Positions 19,354-27,912 of a stretch of DNA of 32,000 nt are shown here, piece by piece. Location: assembly GCA_964401865.1 (NCBI GenBank), contig CAYNZZ010000001.1, positions 60,001 to 92,000 of the forward strand, written 5' to 3'. Numbering within the stretch: the stretch's first letter is position 1; the number at the start of each line of letters is the position of its first letter. Below the pieces are notes generated by a model. The model did not search any database, was not told the DNA's origin, and was given only the letters and a program-made list of their open reading frames with translations. Position numbers and translations under genes: made by a program. Source of the DNA: an uncultured Erysipelotrichaceae bacterium. GTDB taxonomy: Bacteria > Bacillota_I > Bacilli_A > Erysipelotrichales > Erysipelotrichaceae.

Positions 19354-20884
19354 GAAAATACTAACAAAAAGAAATGTATTCGTTTTTCTATTTTTAGTAA
19401 TAATGTATGTTATTTCTTTTAATATCCCGTTAGTTGCTGACGATTTTTCATATAGTTTATCTCGCTTAACAGGAGAAAGATTAAATAATGTGTATGATGT
19501 TTTTGTCTCTGTAGGGCATGAATATTTAACATGGAATGGAAGATTATTGGGGTACTTTTTCACCCAATTATTTTTAATCGATTCGAATCAATTACTATTT
19601 AGAATAGTTTATCCTATTGTTAATTTGATAATTATTTTTGAATTAGTTAATTTGGCAGATTCAAAGAAGATAATCAATTATTTTTTAGCGACAGCACTAT
19701 TATTCTCGATGCATATATTAGTTTTAAATCAGACTATGTTTTGGATTATTGGTTGGGCAATATATGTACTACCACTAGTTTTTATTTTACCTATAATCAA
19801 TTATTTTAAAAAAATATGTAAAAAGCAGGTTGTTTGTGATAATAAAGTAAAAATGTTTTTATTTGCACTAATAAGTTCGCTATTTGTTGAACACTATTCA
19901 TTAATAATAATATGTTTATCAATAGTTATCTTGATATGCGAATACGCACAAAAAAGTAATTCAAAAAATAGTAAACAAAGAATAAACAAGACCTCTCTTT
20001 ACTTACTATTGGGTGCTGCTATTGGCAATATGATAATATTTTTAGCTCCTGGCATATTAGATAGAATGTCAACGGATTTATCATTAACAATGACATTTGC
20101 TCAAAAAATACATTTTGGTTATTCAAGATTTATTTATTGCTTCTTTTATATGAACCAAAGAATTTTTTTATTGTTAGCGATAGTTATCATTTTTAGAATA
20201 TACCAAACTAATATCAAAAGAACGCCAAAGACTATATTGATTATAATGTTAGTTCCAGTCGTTCTATTTTCGACGATATTGATATTTAAACCAACATTAT
20301 TAAATCCTTATATGCTAGAATGCTTAACTGGGGAGTGGAGTTATTATACATGTGAGTTATCGGTTTTACTAAAATATTCAGTAATAGTGATGTATTATAT
20401 TATGGTTTTTTTGTTATCTGTTATAGTGTTATCGAAATTGGAAAAGGACATATTTCAATTTATTGTATATGGTATTGCGTTGATGTCGTCGCTTGTTTTT
20501 GTTGCAACAAATATGGCTTGCGAAAGAACACAGTTTATTTCAGGAGTTATGCTAATTGTCTTATTTTTGGAAAACTACAATCAGTTGAAAATAAATTTAT
20601 CAATAGAAAGAATTTTGTGTAGTGGCGTGATAGTGGTTCTAACGTTATTGTCGTATAAGTTTGTTAAAAATTATATCAATCAATTCAATATTTACAAACT
20701 AAACGAAGAAATCATGGTGACATGTTCGGAAGATAGCGACTGCGAAGAAGTTGAAATTTATAAGCATAATTATAGGTATGTTTTTAAAAGTGATTTAAAT
20801 TTTGACGAACAAGATGGATGGGTTTTAAATAGTATTAGAAAATATTATAATTTAAAAAAAGATGTACTGATAAAACCGAGATAG
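19328..20884 (+). CDS. Polytopic membrane protein of unknown function with a DD first-loop motif; paralogue of 15940-17442
   Basis: 518 aa. PLVADDFSYSL follows TM1, then WNGRLLGYFF. Many TM segments and a hydrophilic C-terminus ending ...IRKYYNLKKD. Start is ambiguous (ATG 19328 or 19340); both lie inside the 3' end of rmlB. Confidence 0.6.
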   Translation: MKRCMATGKKILTKRNVFVFLFLVIMYVISFNIPLVADDFSYSLSRLTGERLNNVYDVFVSVGHEYLTWNGRLLGYFFTQLFLIDSNQLLFRIVYPIVNLIIIFELVNLADSKKIINYFLATALLFSMHILVLNQTMFWIIGWAIYVLPLVFILPIINYFKKICKKQVVCDNKVKMFLFALISSLFVEHYSLIIICLSIVILICEYAQKSNSKNSKQRINKTSLYLLLGAAIGNMIIFLAPGILDRMSTDLSLTMTFAQKIHFGYSRFIYCFFYMNQRIFLLLAIVIIFRIYQTNIKRTPKTILIIMLVPVVLFSTILIFKPTLLNPYMLECLTGEWSYYTCELSVLLKYSVIVMYYIMVFLLSVIVLSKLEKDIFQFIVYGIALMSSLVFVATNMACERTQFISGVMLIVLFLENYNQLKINLSIERILCSGVIVVLTLLSYKFVKNYINQFNIYKLNEEIMVTCSEDSDCEEVEIYKHNYRYVFKSDLNFDEQDGWVLNSIRKYYNLKKDVLIKPR

Positions 20885-20971
20885 ATATTTAGGATTATTA
20901 CATTAAAACAAGAAAATGCACGGTTGATTTCAAATGATGTTAGAACGACATAAAACGAGGAGGACGATAAA

Positions 20972-22981
20972 ATGTTTAAACTTTCAATCATCGTTCCAGT
21001 ATATAATGTAGAGAAATACTTAGATAGATGTCTAAGTTCTTTAGTAAATCAAACAATAGATAACTATGAAATAATAGTAGTAAATGATGGCAGCAAAGAT
21101 AACTGCCAAATAATAATTGATGAATATCAAAATAAATATCCTAATCTAATAAAATCTTATATCAAAGAAAACGGTGGCTTATCAGATGCTAGAAACTTTG
21201 GATTAAAGTATGCTGAGGGAAAATATTTAGCATTTATCGATAGTGATGACTATGTAGATGAAGATTACTTTGAAACAATGTACAATCTAGCAACAAAAGA
21301 TGATTTAGATTTGGTTGTTTCTGATTTAGAGTATGTTTGGGAAAATAATGAGCGAGAACCAATGAAAAAACTCGGTTTAAATCTCGTTGCAAATAGCGAT
21401 ATAGACAAGGCTTTGTTTTTATCACCTCTATCAGTTTGTAATAAACTGTTTAAAAGAGAATTATTTAATGAATTAAAATTAGAGTTTTATAAAGGATTAT
21501 GGTATGAAGATATTCCTGTAGCTTTAATATATTCGGCATATTCCAAATCGACAGGCTATAATACAAGCTCAAAATATCATTATCTTCAAAGAAATACATC
21601 CATTTTAGGTGGTGGATATTCACCAAAGATGTATGACATTTTTACTATCTTTAATTTAGTCACTGAATCATTTAAAAAGAACGATTTATATGATAAATAC
21701 AGAGACGAACTAGAGTATCTATACATCGAACATTTCCTTTTATATGGAGCATTTAGATTCTTAAGAACAAAATATTATCATGAGTTAATGGATAAAGCTT
21801 TTGATTATGTTAAAAAAGAATTTCCAAATTACCAAAATAATAAATATATAAGTATTTTAGGCTTTAAGAATAGGCTGTTATTAAAGACTAATTCAAAATA
21901 TACCGAAGGTTTATGGCATCTTTATTTAACCAAAGGACACACTAGTCATGAGTCTTATAATAGTCAAATATTTATTTCCGAAAATATTAAACCAAGAAAA
22001 ATAATCAGTGAAGAAGAGCTTAAACTTTCAATCATCGTTCCAGTATATAATGTAGAGAAATACTTAGATAGATGTCTAAGTTCTTTAGTAAATCAAACAA
22101 TAGATAACTATGAAATAATAGTAGTAAATGATGGCAGCAAAGATAACTGCCAAATAATAATTGATGAATATCAAAATAAATATCCTAATCTAATAAAATC
22201 TTATATCAAAGAAAACGGTGGCTTATCAGATGCTAGAAACTTTGGACTAAAGTATGCTAAGGGGAAGTATATTTGTTTCTTAGATTCAGATGACTATGTA
22301 GAAAAAGATTTTTATAAGGGAATGTATGAACTAGCGACAAAGGGAGATCTGGATCTAGTTGTATCTGACTTGAAATATGTTTGGGAAAATGGCGAAAAAG
22401 AAGAAATGTGCAAAGAAGGCCTCAACGAATCAATGGGTGGAAGTATTAATAAGTGTTTATTTTTATCTCCGCTGTTTTCTTGGAATAAAATGTATCGCCG
22501 TAAATTGTTTTTAGATCTGAAATTAGAATATCCAAAAGGACTTTGGTACGAAGATATTCCGGTTACATTAAAGTATTTTACTAATTCCTATAGTATTGGA
22601 TATTATCATCATGTGGGAGTTAATTACCTCCAAAGAAGCACGTCTATCTTAGGGGGTGGGTATTCACCAAAAATGTATGATATTTTTACAATATACGAGA
22701 ATGTTGTGGAAGATTTTAAAAAGAACGGTTTGTATGAATATTACAAAAACGAACTTGAATATTTATATATAGAACATTTTTTAGTTTATGGTGCATTTAG
22801 ATTTTTGAGAACTGAGCAATATAAAGAACTAATGACCAAGGCATTTGAGTTTGTGAAAAAAGAATTTCCAAATTATCGGAAAAATAAATATATTAGGACT
22901 TTCGGAATCAAGAATAGATTATTCTTGATGACTAATAATAGAGGAACGATGTCATTATGGCATCGATATTTGATGCGATGA
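20972..22981 (+). CDS. Two-module GT2 glycosyltransferase (tandem GT2-GT2 fusion)
   Basis: 669 aa with strong SD GAGGAGG upstream. Residues 2-320 and 350-669 are full-length paralogous GT2 modules, each with IIVPVYNVEKYL, VNDGSKDN, ENGGLSDARNFG, DSDD and WYEDIP. They are joined by a linker of about 28 aa (GHTSHESYNSQIFISENIKPRKIISEEE). No ATG, GTG or TTG is in frame near the module-2 boundary. Confidence 0.85.
   Translation: MFKLSIIVPVYNVEKYLDRCLSSLVNQTIDNYEIIVVNDGSKDNCQIIIDEYQNKYPNLIKSYIKENGGLSDARNFGLKYAEGKYLAFIDSDDYVDEDYFETMYNLATKDDLDLVVSDLEYVWENNEREPMKKLGLNLVANSDIDKALFLSPLSVCNKLFKRELFNELKLEFYKGLWYEDIPVALIYSAYSKSTGYNTSSKYHYLQRNTSILGGGYSPKMYDIFTIFNLVTESFKKNDLYDKYRDELEYLYIEHFLLYGAFRFLRTKYYHELMDKAFDYVKKEFPNYQNNKYISILGFKNRLLLKTNSKYTEGLWHLYLTKGHTSHESYNSQIFISENIKPRKIISEEELKLSIIVPVYNVEKYLDRCLSSLVNQTIDNYEIIVVNDGSKDNCQIIIDEYQNKYPNLIKSYIKENGGLSDARNFGLKYAKGKYICFLDSDDYVEKDFYKGMYELATKGDLDLVVSDLKYVWENGEKEEMCKEGLNESMGGSINKCLFLSPLFSWNKMYRRKLFLDLKLEYPKGLWYEDIPVTLKYFTNSYSIGYYHHVGVNYLQRSTSILGGGYSPKMYDIFTIYENVVEDFKKNGLYEYYKNELEYLYIEHFLVYGAFRFLRTEQYKELMTKAFEFVKKEFPNYRKNKYIRTFGIKNRLFLMTNNRGTMSLWHRYLMR
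20976..21202 (+). repeat. Direct repeat copy 1 (227 bp, perfect) at the 5' end of GT2 module 1
   Basis: Base-for-base identical to 22020-22246, checked by eye across all lines. The first mismatch is 21203 T versus 22247 C; 11 more identical nt follow, after which the sequences diverge heavily. Confidence 0.95.
22020..22246 (+). repeat. Direct repeat copy 2 (227 bp, perfect) at the 5' end of GT2 module 2
   Basis: Identical to 20976-21202. The offset is 1044 bp, which equals 348 codons, so the copies are in the same frame. Confidence 0.95.
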
Positions 22982-23913
22982 GTAAAGTTGACATAATAGT
23001 GCCGATATACAATTTAGAAAATCATTTAAAAAAAGCATTAGATTCGTTGGTTAATCAAAGTTTCAAAGATTTTAGAGTCATTCTTATTGATGATGGTTCT
23101 ACAGACGCAAGTATCGACATAATTAAGAAATATTTGAATGACGATAGGTTTGTATTGTATCAAAAAGAAAATGGTGGAGCTGCATCGGCTAGGAATTTTG
23201 GTCTAGAGAAAAGCACTAGTGAATATATTATGTTTTTTGATGGCGATGATTACGCCCATGATGATTTGGTTGAAAAAGCCTGTAGAAGCATACAAGAAAG
23301 TGATAGCGATATTGTAATATTTGGTTTTAACAGCGTTGATTGTTTAAAAGAGTTGCGTAAAACAAGCGAATACAAAAATAAATCATTTACCGATGGTAAT
23401 AAAAAAGAAGTATTAGAATTGAGCGATTTATGTGTTTGGAATAAGATCTATAAAAGAGAGTTATTTTTGAGTTTAAGATTTCCAGAAAATTTGATTTTTG
23501 AAGATTTTTATTTAACGATATGTATTTTAACTGAAGCTAAAAAAATAAGTTCTATTGATTATATCGGAATTGATTACCTAATTGATAGAAATGGTAGCGT
23601 GAGCAATGCTTATAATTCGAAGTCATACGATATGTTTAGAATAGTTGATTTAATATATGAATATTTTGAGAAAAGAAATTTGTTAAATAAATATCACAAT
23701 ACAATAAGGTATTTAGCTAGTAGAGAAATTATTGATGTGTTGATAAGCGCAGTCGAAAAAAAAGACAAAGATTTTATAGAATATTCATATAAATATATGG
23801 ATGAAAAATTTGGAGGTTTTTCAAAAAGAATATTTATAGAAGATAAGAAAAAGATTGTTTATTTTAATAGAAATATATTAAATTTATATTTAGACATGAG
23901 GTCAAAGTTTTAG
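22957..23913 (+). CDS. Family-2 (GT-A) glycosyltransferase
   Basis: Motifs DIIVPIYNLENHL, LIDDGSTDAS, ENGGAASARNFG and FFDGDD. Start is either ATG 22957 (GAGGAA 11 nt upstream) or ATG 22978 (ATGA overlap with the upstream stop). Confidence 0.8.
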   Translation: MASIFDAMSKVDIIVPIYNLENHLKKALDSLVNQSFKDFRVILIDDGSTDASIDIIKKYLNDDRFVLYQKENGGAASARNFGLEKSTSEYIMFFDGDDYAHDDLVEKACRSIQESDSDIVIFGFNSVDCLKELRKTSEYKNKSFTDGNKKEVLELSDLCVWNKIYKRELFLSLRFPENLIFEDFYLTICILTEAKKISSIDYIGIDYLIDRNGSVSNAYNSKSYDMFRIVDLIYEYFEKRNLLNKYHNTIRYLASREIIDVLISAVEKKDKDFIEYSYKYMDEKFGGFSKRIFIEDKKKIVYFNRNILNLYLDMRSKF

Positions 23914-24849
23914 ATGAAAGTAAGTGTAATAGTACCTGTCTATAATGTAGAAAAATACATTATTAAATGTTTAGAGTCGGTTAAAAGACAAAGTTTTGAT
24001 AATTTTGAATGTTTAATTATTGATGATGGCAGTAAAGATAATAGTATAGAATTAGCAGAAAAATATGTAAAAGACGATAACAGGTTTAAAATATACCATA
24101 AAGAAAATGGCGGACTTAGCGATGCCAGAAATTATGGAATCGATTTGTCTAAAGGGGAATATTTATTCTTTTTAGATAGTGATGATTATATCGCTGACAC
24201 TTTATTGGCTGATGCATATCAAATGGCTAAAAAATATGATAGTGATATTGTGTGTTTTGATATGATGTATGTGTATGAGGATGGTCGTGATAACGAAATA
24301 TCATCAGGTGGAGATTTTGAAGTAACTAGTTATCAAGAGAATAAATCATTAATTTTTATCAATAATAGTGCCAACAATAAGCTATATAAAAGAACATTTC
24401 TAGAAGATAAAAGATTTATTAAAGGTATGTGGTATGAAGATTTGGCAGTAGTTCCTACATGGCTTGCAAGAGCCAACAATGTTTCGCATGCTGGTAAAGT
24501 CCTTTATTATTATGTACAACGTTCTGGCTCAATATCACATAGTGCTGATGAAAGAATTTTTGATATATATAAAGCAATCGATATGAATAAAAAAGCGTTG
24601 GATTTATCTGATAATGATTTATCTGATTTATATTTTAATGATTGCTTAATTATGACAACATTAAGAATAAGAGAAATAGCTGATACTAAAATGCGCCAAG
24701 AATTTTACAGAAAAAATATTAAATTGTTAGAAAAGGGATATCCTGAATGGTATGAAAGCACAAAGGCTAGAAATTGTTCCTTTAAACAAAAAATCGTATT
24801 TTTTCTTTTGAAACATAGAATGATTAGTTTATTAGATAAGGTGTATTAA
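23914..24849 (+). CDS. Family-2 (GT-A) glycosyltransferase
   Basis: Motifs VSVIVPVYNVEKYI, IIDDGSKDNS, ENGGLSDARNYG, FLDSDD and WYEDL. The ATG abuts the upstream TAG. Confidence 0.85.
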   Translation: MKVSVIVPVYNVEKYIIKCLESVKRQSFDNFECLIIDDGSKDNSIELAEKYVKDDNRFKIYHKENGGLSDARNYGIDLSKGEYLFFLDSDDYIADTLLADAYQMAKKYDSDIVCFDMMYVYEDGRDNEISSGGDFEVTSYQENKSLIFINNSANNKLYKRTFLEDKRFIKGMWYEDLAVVPTWLARANNVSHAGKVLYYYVQRSGSISHSADERIFDIYKAIDMNKKALDLSDNDLSDLYFNDCLIMTTLRIREIADTKMRQEFYRKNIKLLEKGYPEWYESTKARNCSFKQKIVFFLLKHRMISLLDKVY

Positions 24850-24851
24850 AG

Positions 24852-25991
24852 ATGAAAAAGAAAATCTTGTTTGTAAATGATGAAATGACAATGGGTGGAG
24901 TAGCTAGAATACTTAACACCTTTTTAAAAATGATCGATAGAGATAAATACGATGTTGATTTGTTGATTTTGCATAAAAGAGGGGAATTGTTGAAAGAAAT
25001 ACCCGAAGGTATCTCGATTTATGGTGGAACAAAGTTTTTTGATTGTGTTGATATTCCTCTATCTAGTTGCAAACCTAACCAGCTATTCAGTAAATTGCGT
25101 TTATTATTCTATATGAAAACCGGTCTTATCAAAAATAAAATTAAAAAAGAAAGACAAAAGATTCTAAAAAAACACTATGATATTGAATTTAGTGCTAAAG
25201 AGGGATTTTGTACTATCTTTACTGCTTATGGTGATAGTGACAAAAAAATAAACTGGATACAGGTTGATTATAAGCAAAATAATTATTCATCAAATCATAT
25301 GAAACTTGTTAAAGAAGCGCTTGGTTATATTGATGTCAATATTGCTTGTTCAAATATTGTAAAAAAGTCTTATCAAGAATTATTTGACATTGATAACATC
25401 ATTGTAATTCATAATCTTGTTGATGAAGATGTGATAAGAGAAAAAAGCCTTAAACGGAGTCGCATTAAAACAAGCGACGATAAGATTAATATGATTTGCG
25501 TTGCAAGATTTCATAATCAAAAGGGTGTTGATAGATTAATTGAAGCGTATGCCAAAGTGAGTGAATATTATGAGCTATTTATTATTGGAGATGGCGAATT
25601 AAAAGACGAACTGCATAGACAAGCTAGAGAATTAAAGATTGATAATAAAATTCATTGGCAAGGTATTTCCAGCAATCCTTATCCTGATATCAAAAAGTCT
25701 GACTGTTTGATTTTGCCCTCAAGATATGAGGGATATCCAACAATTACCATTGAAACGCTTATTTCTGGAACACCGGTTTTAGCTTTAGAAGTGGCCGGTA
25801 TAAAAGAACAAATCATTGCTGATTATATGGGGAAAGTTGTCGAAAACAGTGATGAAGCATTATTAAATATGCTGTTAGAATTTAAAAATAAAAAAGATTT
25901 ATTGCAAGAGTATAAACAGAAATTAAGTTCATATAAATACGATAATCAAAAGATATTGGATGAATATTATGAAAGCTTTAACCAGCATTAA
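24852..25991 (+). CDS. GT4-type (GT-B fold) glycosyltransferase
   Basis: 379 aa. The C-terminal half carries the GT4 pattern: ICVARFHNQKGVDRLIEA, LFIIGDGELKDEL, and the EX7E-type motif PSRYEGYPTITIETLISGTPV. Confidence 0.8.
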   Translation: MKKKILFVNDEMTMGGVARILNTFLKMIDRDKYDVDLLILHKRGELLKEIPEGISIYGGTKFFDCVDIPLSSCKPNQLFSKLRLLFYMKTGLIKNKIKKERQKILKKHYDIEFSAKEGFCTIFTAYGDSDKKINWIQVDYKQNNYSSNHMKLVKEALGYIDVNIACSNIVKKSYQELFDIDNIIVIHNLVDEDVIREKSLKRSRIKTSDDKINMICVARFHNQKGVDRLIEAYAKVSEYYELFIIGDGELKDELHRQARELKIDNKIHWQGISSNPYPDIKKSDCLILPSRYEGYPTITIETLISGTPVLALEVAGIKEQIIADYMGKVVENSDEALLNMLLEFKNKKDLLQEYKQKLSSYKYDNQKILDEYYESFNQH

Positions 25992-27912
25992 AATAGTTAT
26001 GCTTGTTTTTATGCTGGTTGCTTGTCAAAAACAAGAAGTAGTAATTGAAACACCATCAATCAACAGCGAGGATAATAATGTAAATGAAATCATAAAAAAA
26101 GAACTATCTTTTGATAAAGCTTTTACCATATCATTTTGGGTTAAACCGTTAAGCAATTATTATGGTTCAATAATTTTAGAATTGAATGATGGTATTCAAA
26201 GCGTAAGCTTGATTAATAATTCGGAAGATGAAAATTATTTATCAATGGGTCTATCTTTGATTCATGAAAATGGTAGTTTATATGGTGGCAGTAATTATTT
26301 TTTAGATACTTATAACTACAATTATGTAAATATTGGTTATATCGATAATACTTTTTTCTTATATTTAAATGGAGAATTAATCGATGATAAAGCATTTAGT
26401 GATAACTTTAATATTGATGATTTAACACTAACAATAGGTAGCGATTCTTTTGTGGGTGAATTTAAAGATATAACATTTAGTGATAAATGTTATGGCGAAG
26501 AAGAGATAAAAGCGAGCTTCAAACAAAATTTAAGTCTTAGATTGTCTAATATCGATTATAGTGAAGAGTTTAAAAATGATGCTAAAGGGAAAGTTAGTTT
26601 GCCACATAGTAATATTGATATTTTATACGAGTGTGGTCCATACATGAAGATTGAAAATGGCTATTTAATATTTGATAAAAATGAAAGTATTGAAGATATT
26701 AAAACAGAATTAAAAGCTACATATGAAAACGATAATTGCAGTGTTGATAAAACATTAAGTTTTATAATAAGAGGTAATAATGATGAAAATATTATTGATG
26801 AAACGCATAAAGTAATAAATAATCAATTAAACTATGTAATATCAGAATCTAATATTTTTCAAGATAATATTAACGATTGTAATATAGACTATGAAATAAT
26901 AAAGGGTAATGCCAAATATCAAAACAACCATTTTGTAAAAAGCAGTAATAATGAGAAGGAATATATTAAAGTCAAGGTAACAATAAAACGAGGACCATTG
27001 CAAAGGGAGGTTATCAAAGATGTTGTTTTGATTGATGAATATTATGGATATTTATTAGTGTATTTTGACGGTAATGATGGTTGGCCAGAACATTTGACTG
27101 GCGATGAAACAATATATTTTGCAGTTAGTCAAGACTTGCACAATTGGCAAAAATTAAATACTAAGCCAATAGTTAAATCTGATAGTGGTAGCGGAAGATT
27201 TAGAGATCCGTATGTAGCCAGAGATGAAAACGGCGATTTTATTATCACTACGACTGAAGGGTATGATAATCCAGGAATGTATCTAATTAAAACAGATGAT
27301 TTTATTACATTTGATACAAATTATTTGCGATTTAATGGTGTCGATAATGCATTAAAACTTGAAGGTCATAAAGTATGGGCACCGGAATTTGTTTATGATC
27401 AATCAAGAGACGTGTATAGTATTATTTTCTCTAATCCGAGTCAGGATAATGAAAGTATTTTCGCTGTTGATACAAAAGATTTTGAAAGTTTTAGTTATCC
27501 ATACATTTATTTTGATGCCGGTTATAATGTAATAGACGGTAATGTTACAATGATTGATAATCAATATTATCTATTGTATAAAGACGAAAATAAAAACGCC
27601 ATTCATTATGCCGCTAGTAGTGATATAACCAATCCTACTTGGCGAATATATGATGATTCAACAATTAATGAAGGATATGATGCAGAAGGACCGTTTATAT
27701 TAGCGGATCACATAAACAACGAATACAGATTTTATATTGATAGTTATAAAGAATCGAAGATATATTCTACCAATATATATAAGTGGAAAGATACAATTGA
27801 TATTTATCCGGATGTTGATGAAGGAATTACAAATATTGGCGGAGTAAGGCATTTTAGTATTATAGAATTAACCAAGAATGAATATGAAAGGATAGTTAAA
27901 TATTATGATTAA
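25960..27912 (+). CDS. Lipoprotein with LamG/concanavalin-A-like lectin domain, two Ig-like repeats and a GH43-like five-bladed beta-propeller domain
   Basis: Signal peptide with lipobox LVAC (Cys codon at 26023-26025). LamG-like block: FTISFWVKP...FFLYLNGELIDD...LTIGSDSFVGEFKDITF. C-terminal GH43-type hallmarks: YLLVYFDGN, RFRDPYV, VWAPEFVYD, YYLLYKD, AEGPFIL. Start is ATG 25960 or 25969, both inside the GT4 3' end. Confidence 0.7.
   Translation: MNIMKALTSIKIVMLVFMLVACQKQEVVIETPSINSEDNNVNEIIKKELSFDKAFTISFWVKPLSNYYGSIILELNDGIQSVSLINNSEDENYLSMGLSLIHENGSLYGGSNYFLDTYNYNYVNIGYIDNTFFLYLNGELIDDKAFSDNFNIDDLTLTIGSDSFVGEFKDITFSDKCYGEEEIKASFKQNLSLRLSNIDYSEEFKNDAKGKVSLPHSNIDILYECGPYMKIENGYLIFDKNESIEDIKTELKATYENDNCSVDKTLSFIIRGNNDENIIDETHKVINNQLNYVISESNIFQDNINDCNIDYEIIKGNAKYQNNHFVKSSNNEKEYIKVKVTIKRGPLQREVIKDVVLIDEYYGYLLVYFDGNDGWPEHLTGDETIYFAVSQDLHNWQKLNTKPIVKSDSGSGRFRDPYVARDENGDFIITTTEGYDNPGMYLIKTDDFITFDTNYLRFNGVDNALKLEGHKVWAPEFVYDQSRDVYSIIFSNPSQDNESIFAVDTKDFESFSYPYIYFDAGYNVIDGNVTMIDNQYYLLYKDENKNAIHYAASSDITNPTWRIYDDSTINEGYDAEGPFILADHINNEYRFYIDSYKESKIYSTNIYKWKDTIDIYPDVDEGITNIGGVRHFSIIELTKNEYERIVKYYD

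Noticed and set aside
21990-22025. Treating 20972-22981 as two separate genes with an internal restart at module 2
   Set aside because: There is no stop codon between the modules. No ATG, GTG or TTG lies in frame in the linker or at the module-2 boundary, where the codons read GAG CTT AAA in place of ATG TTT AAA. Unless there is a sequencing error, this is a true fusion.
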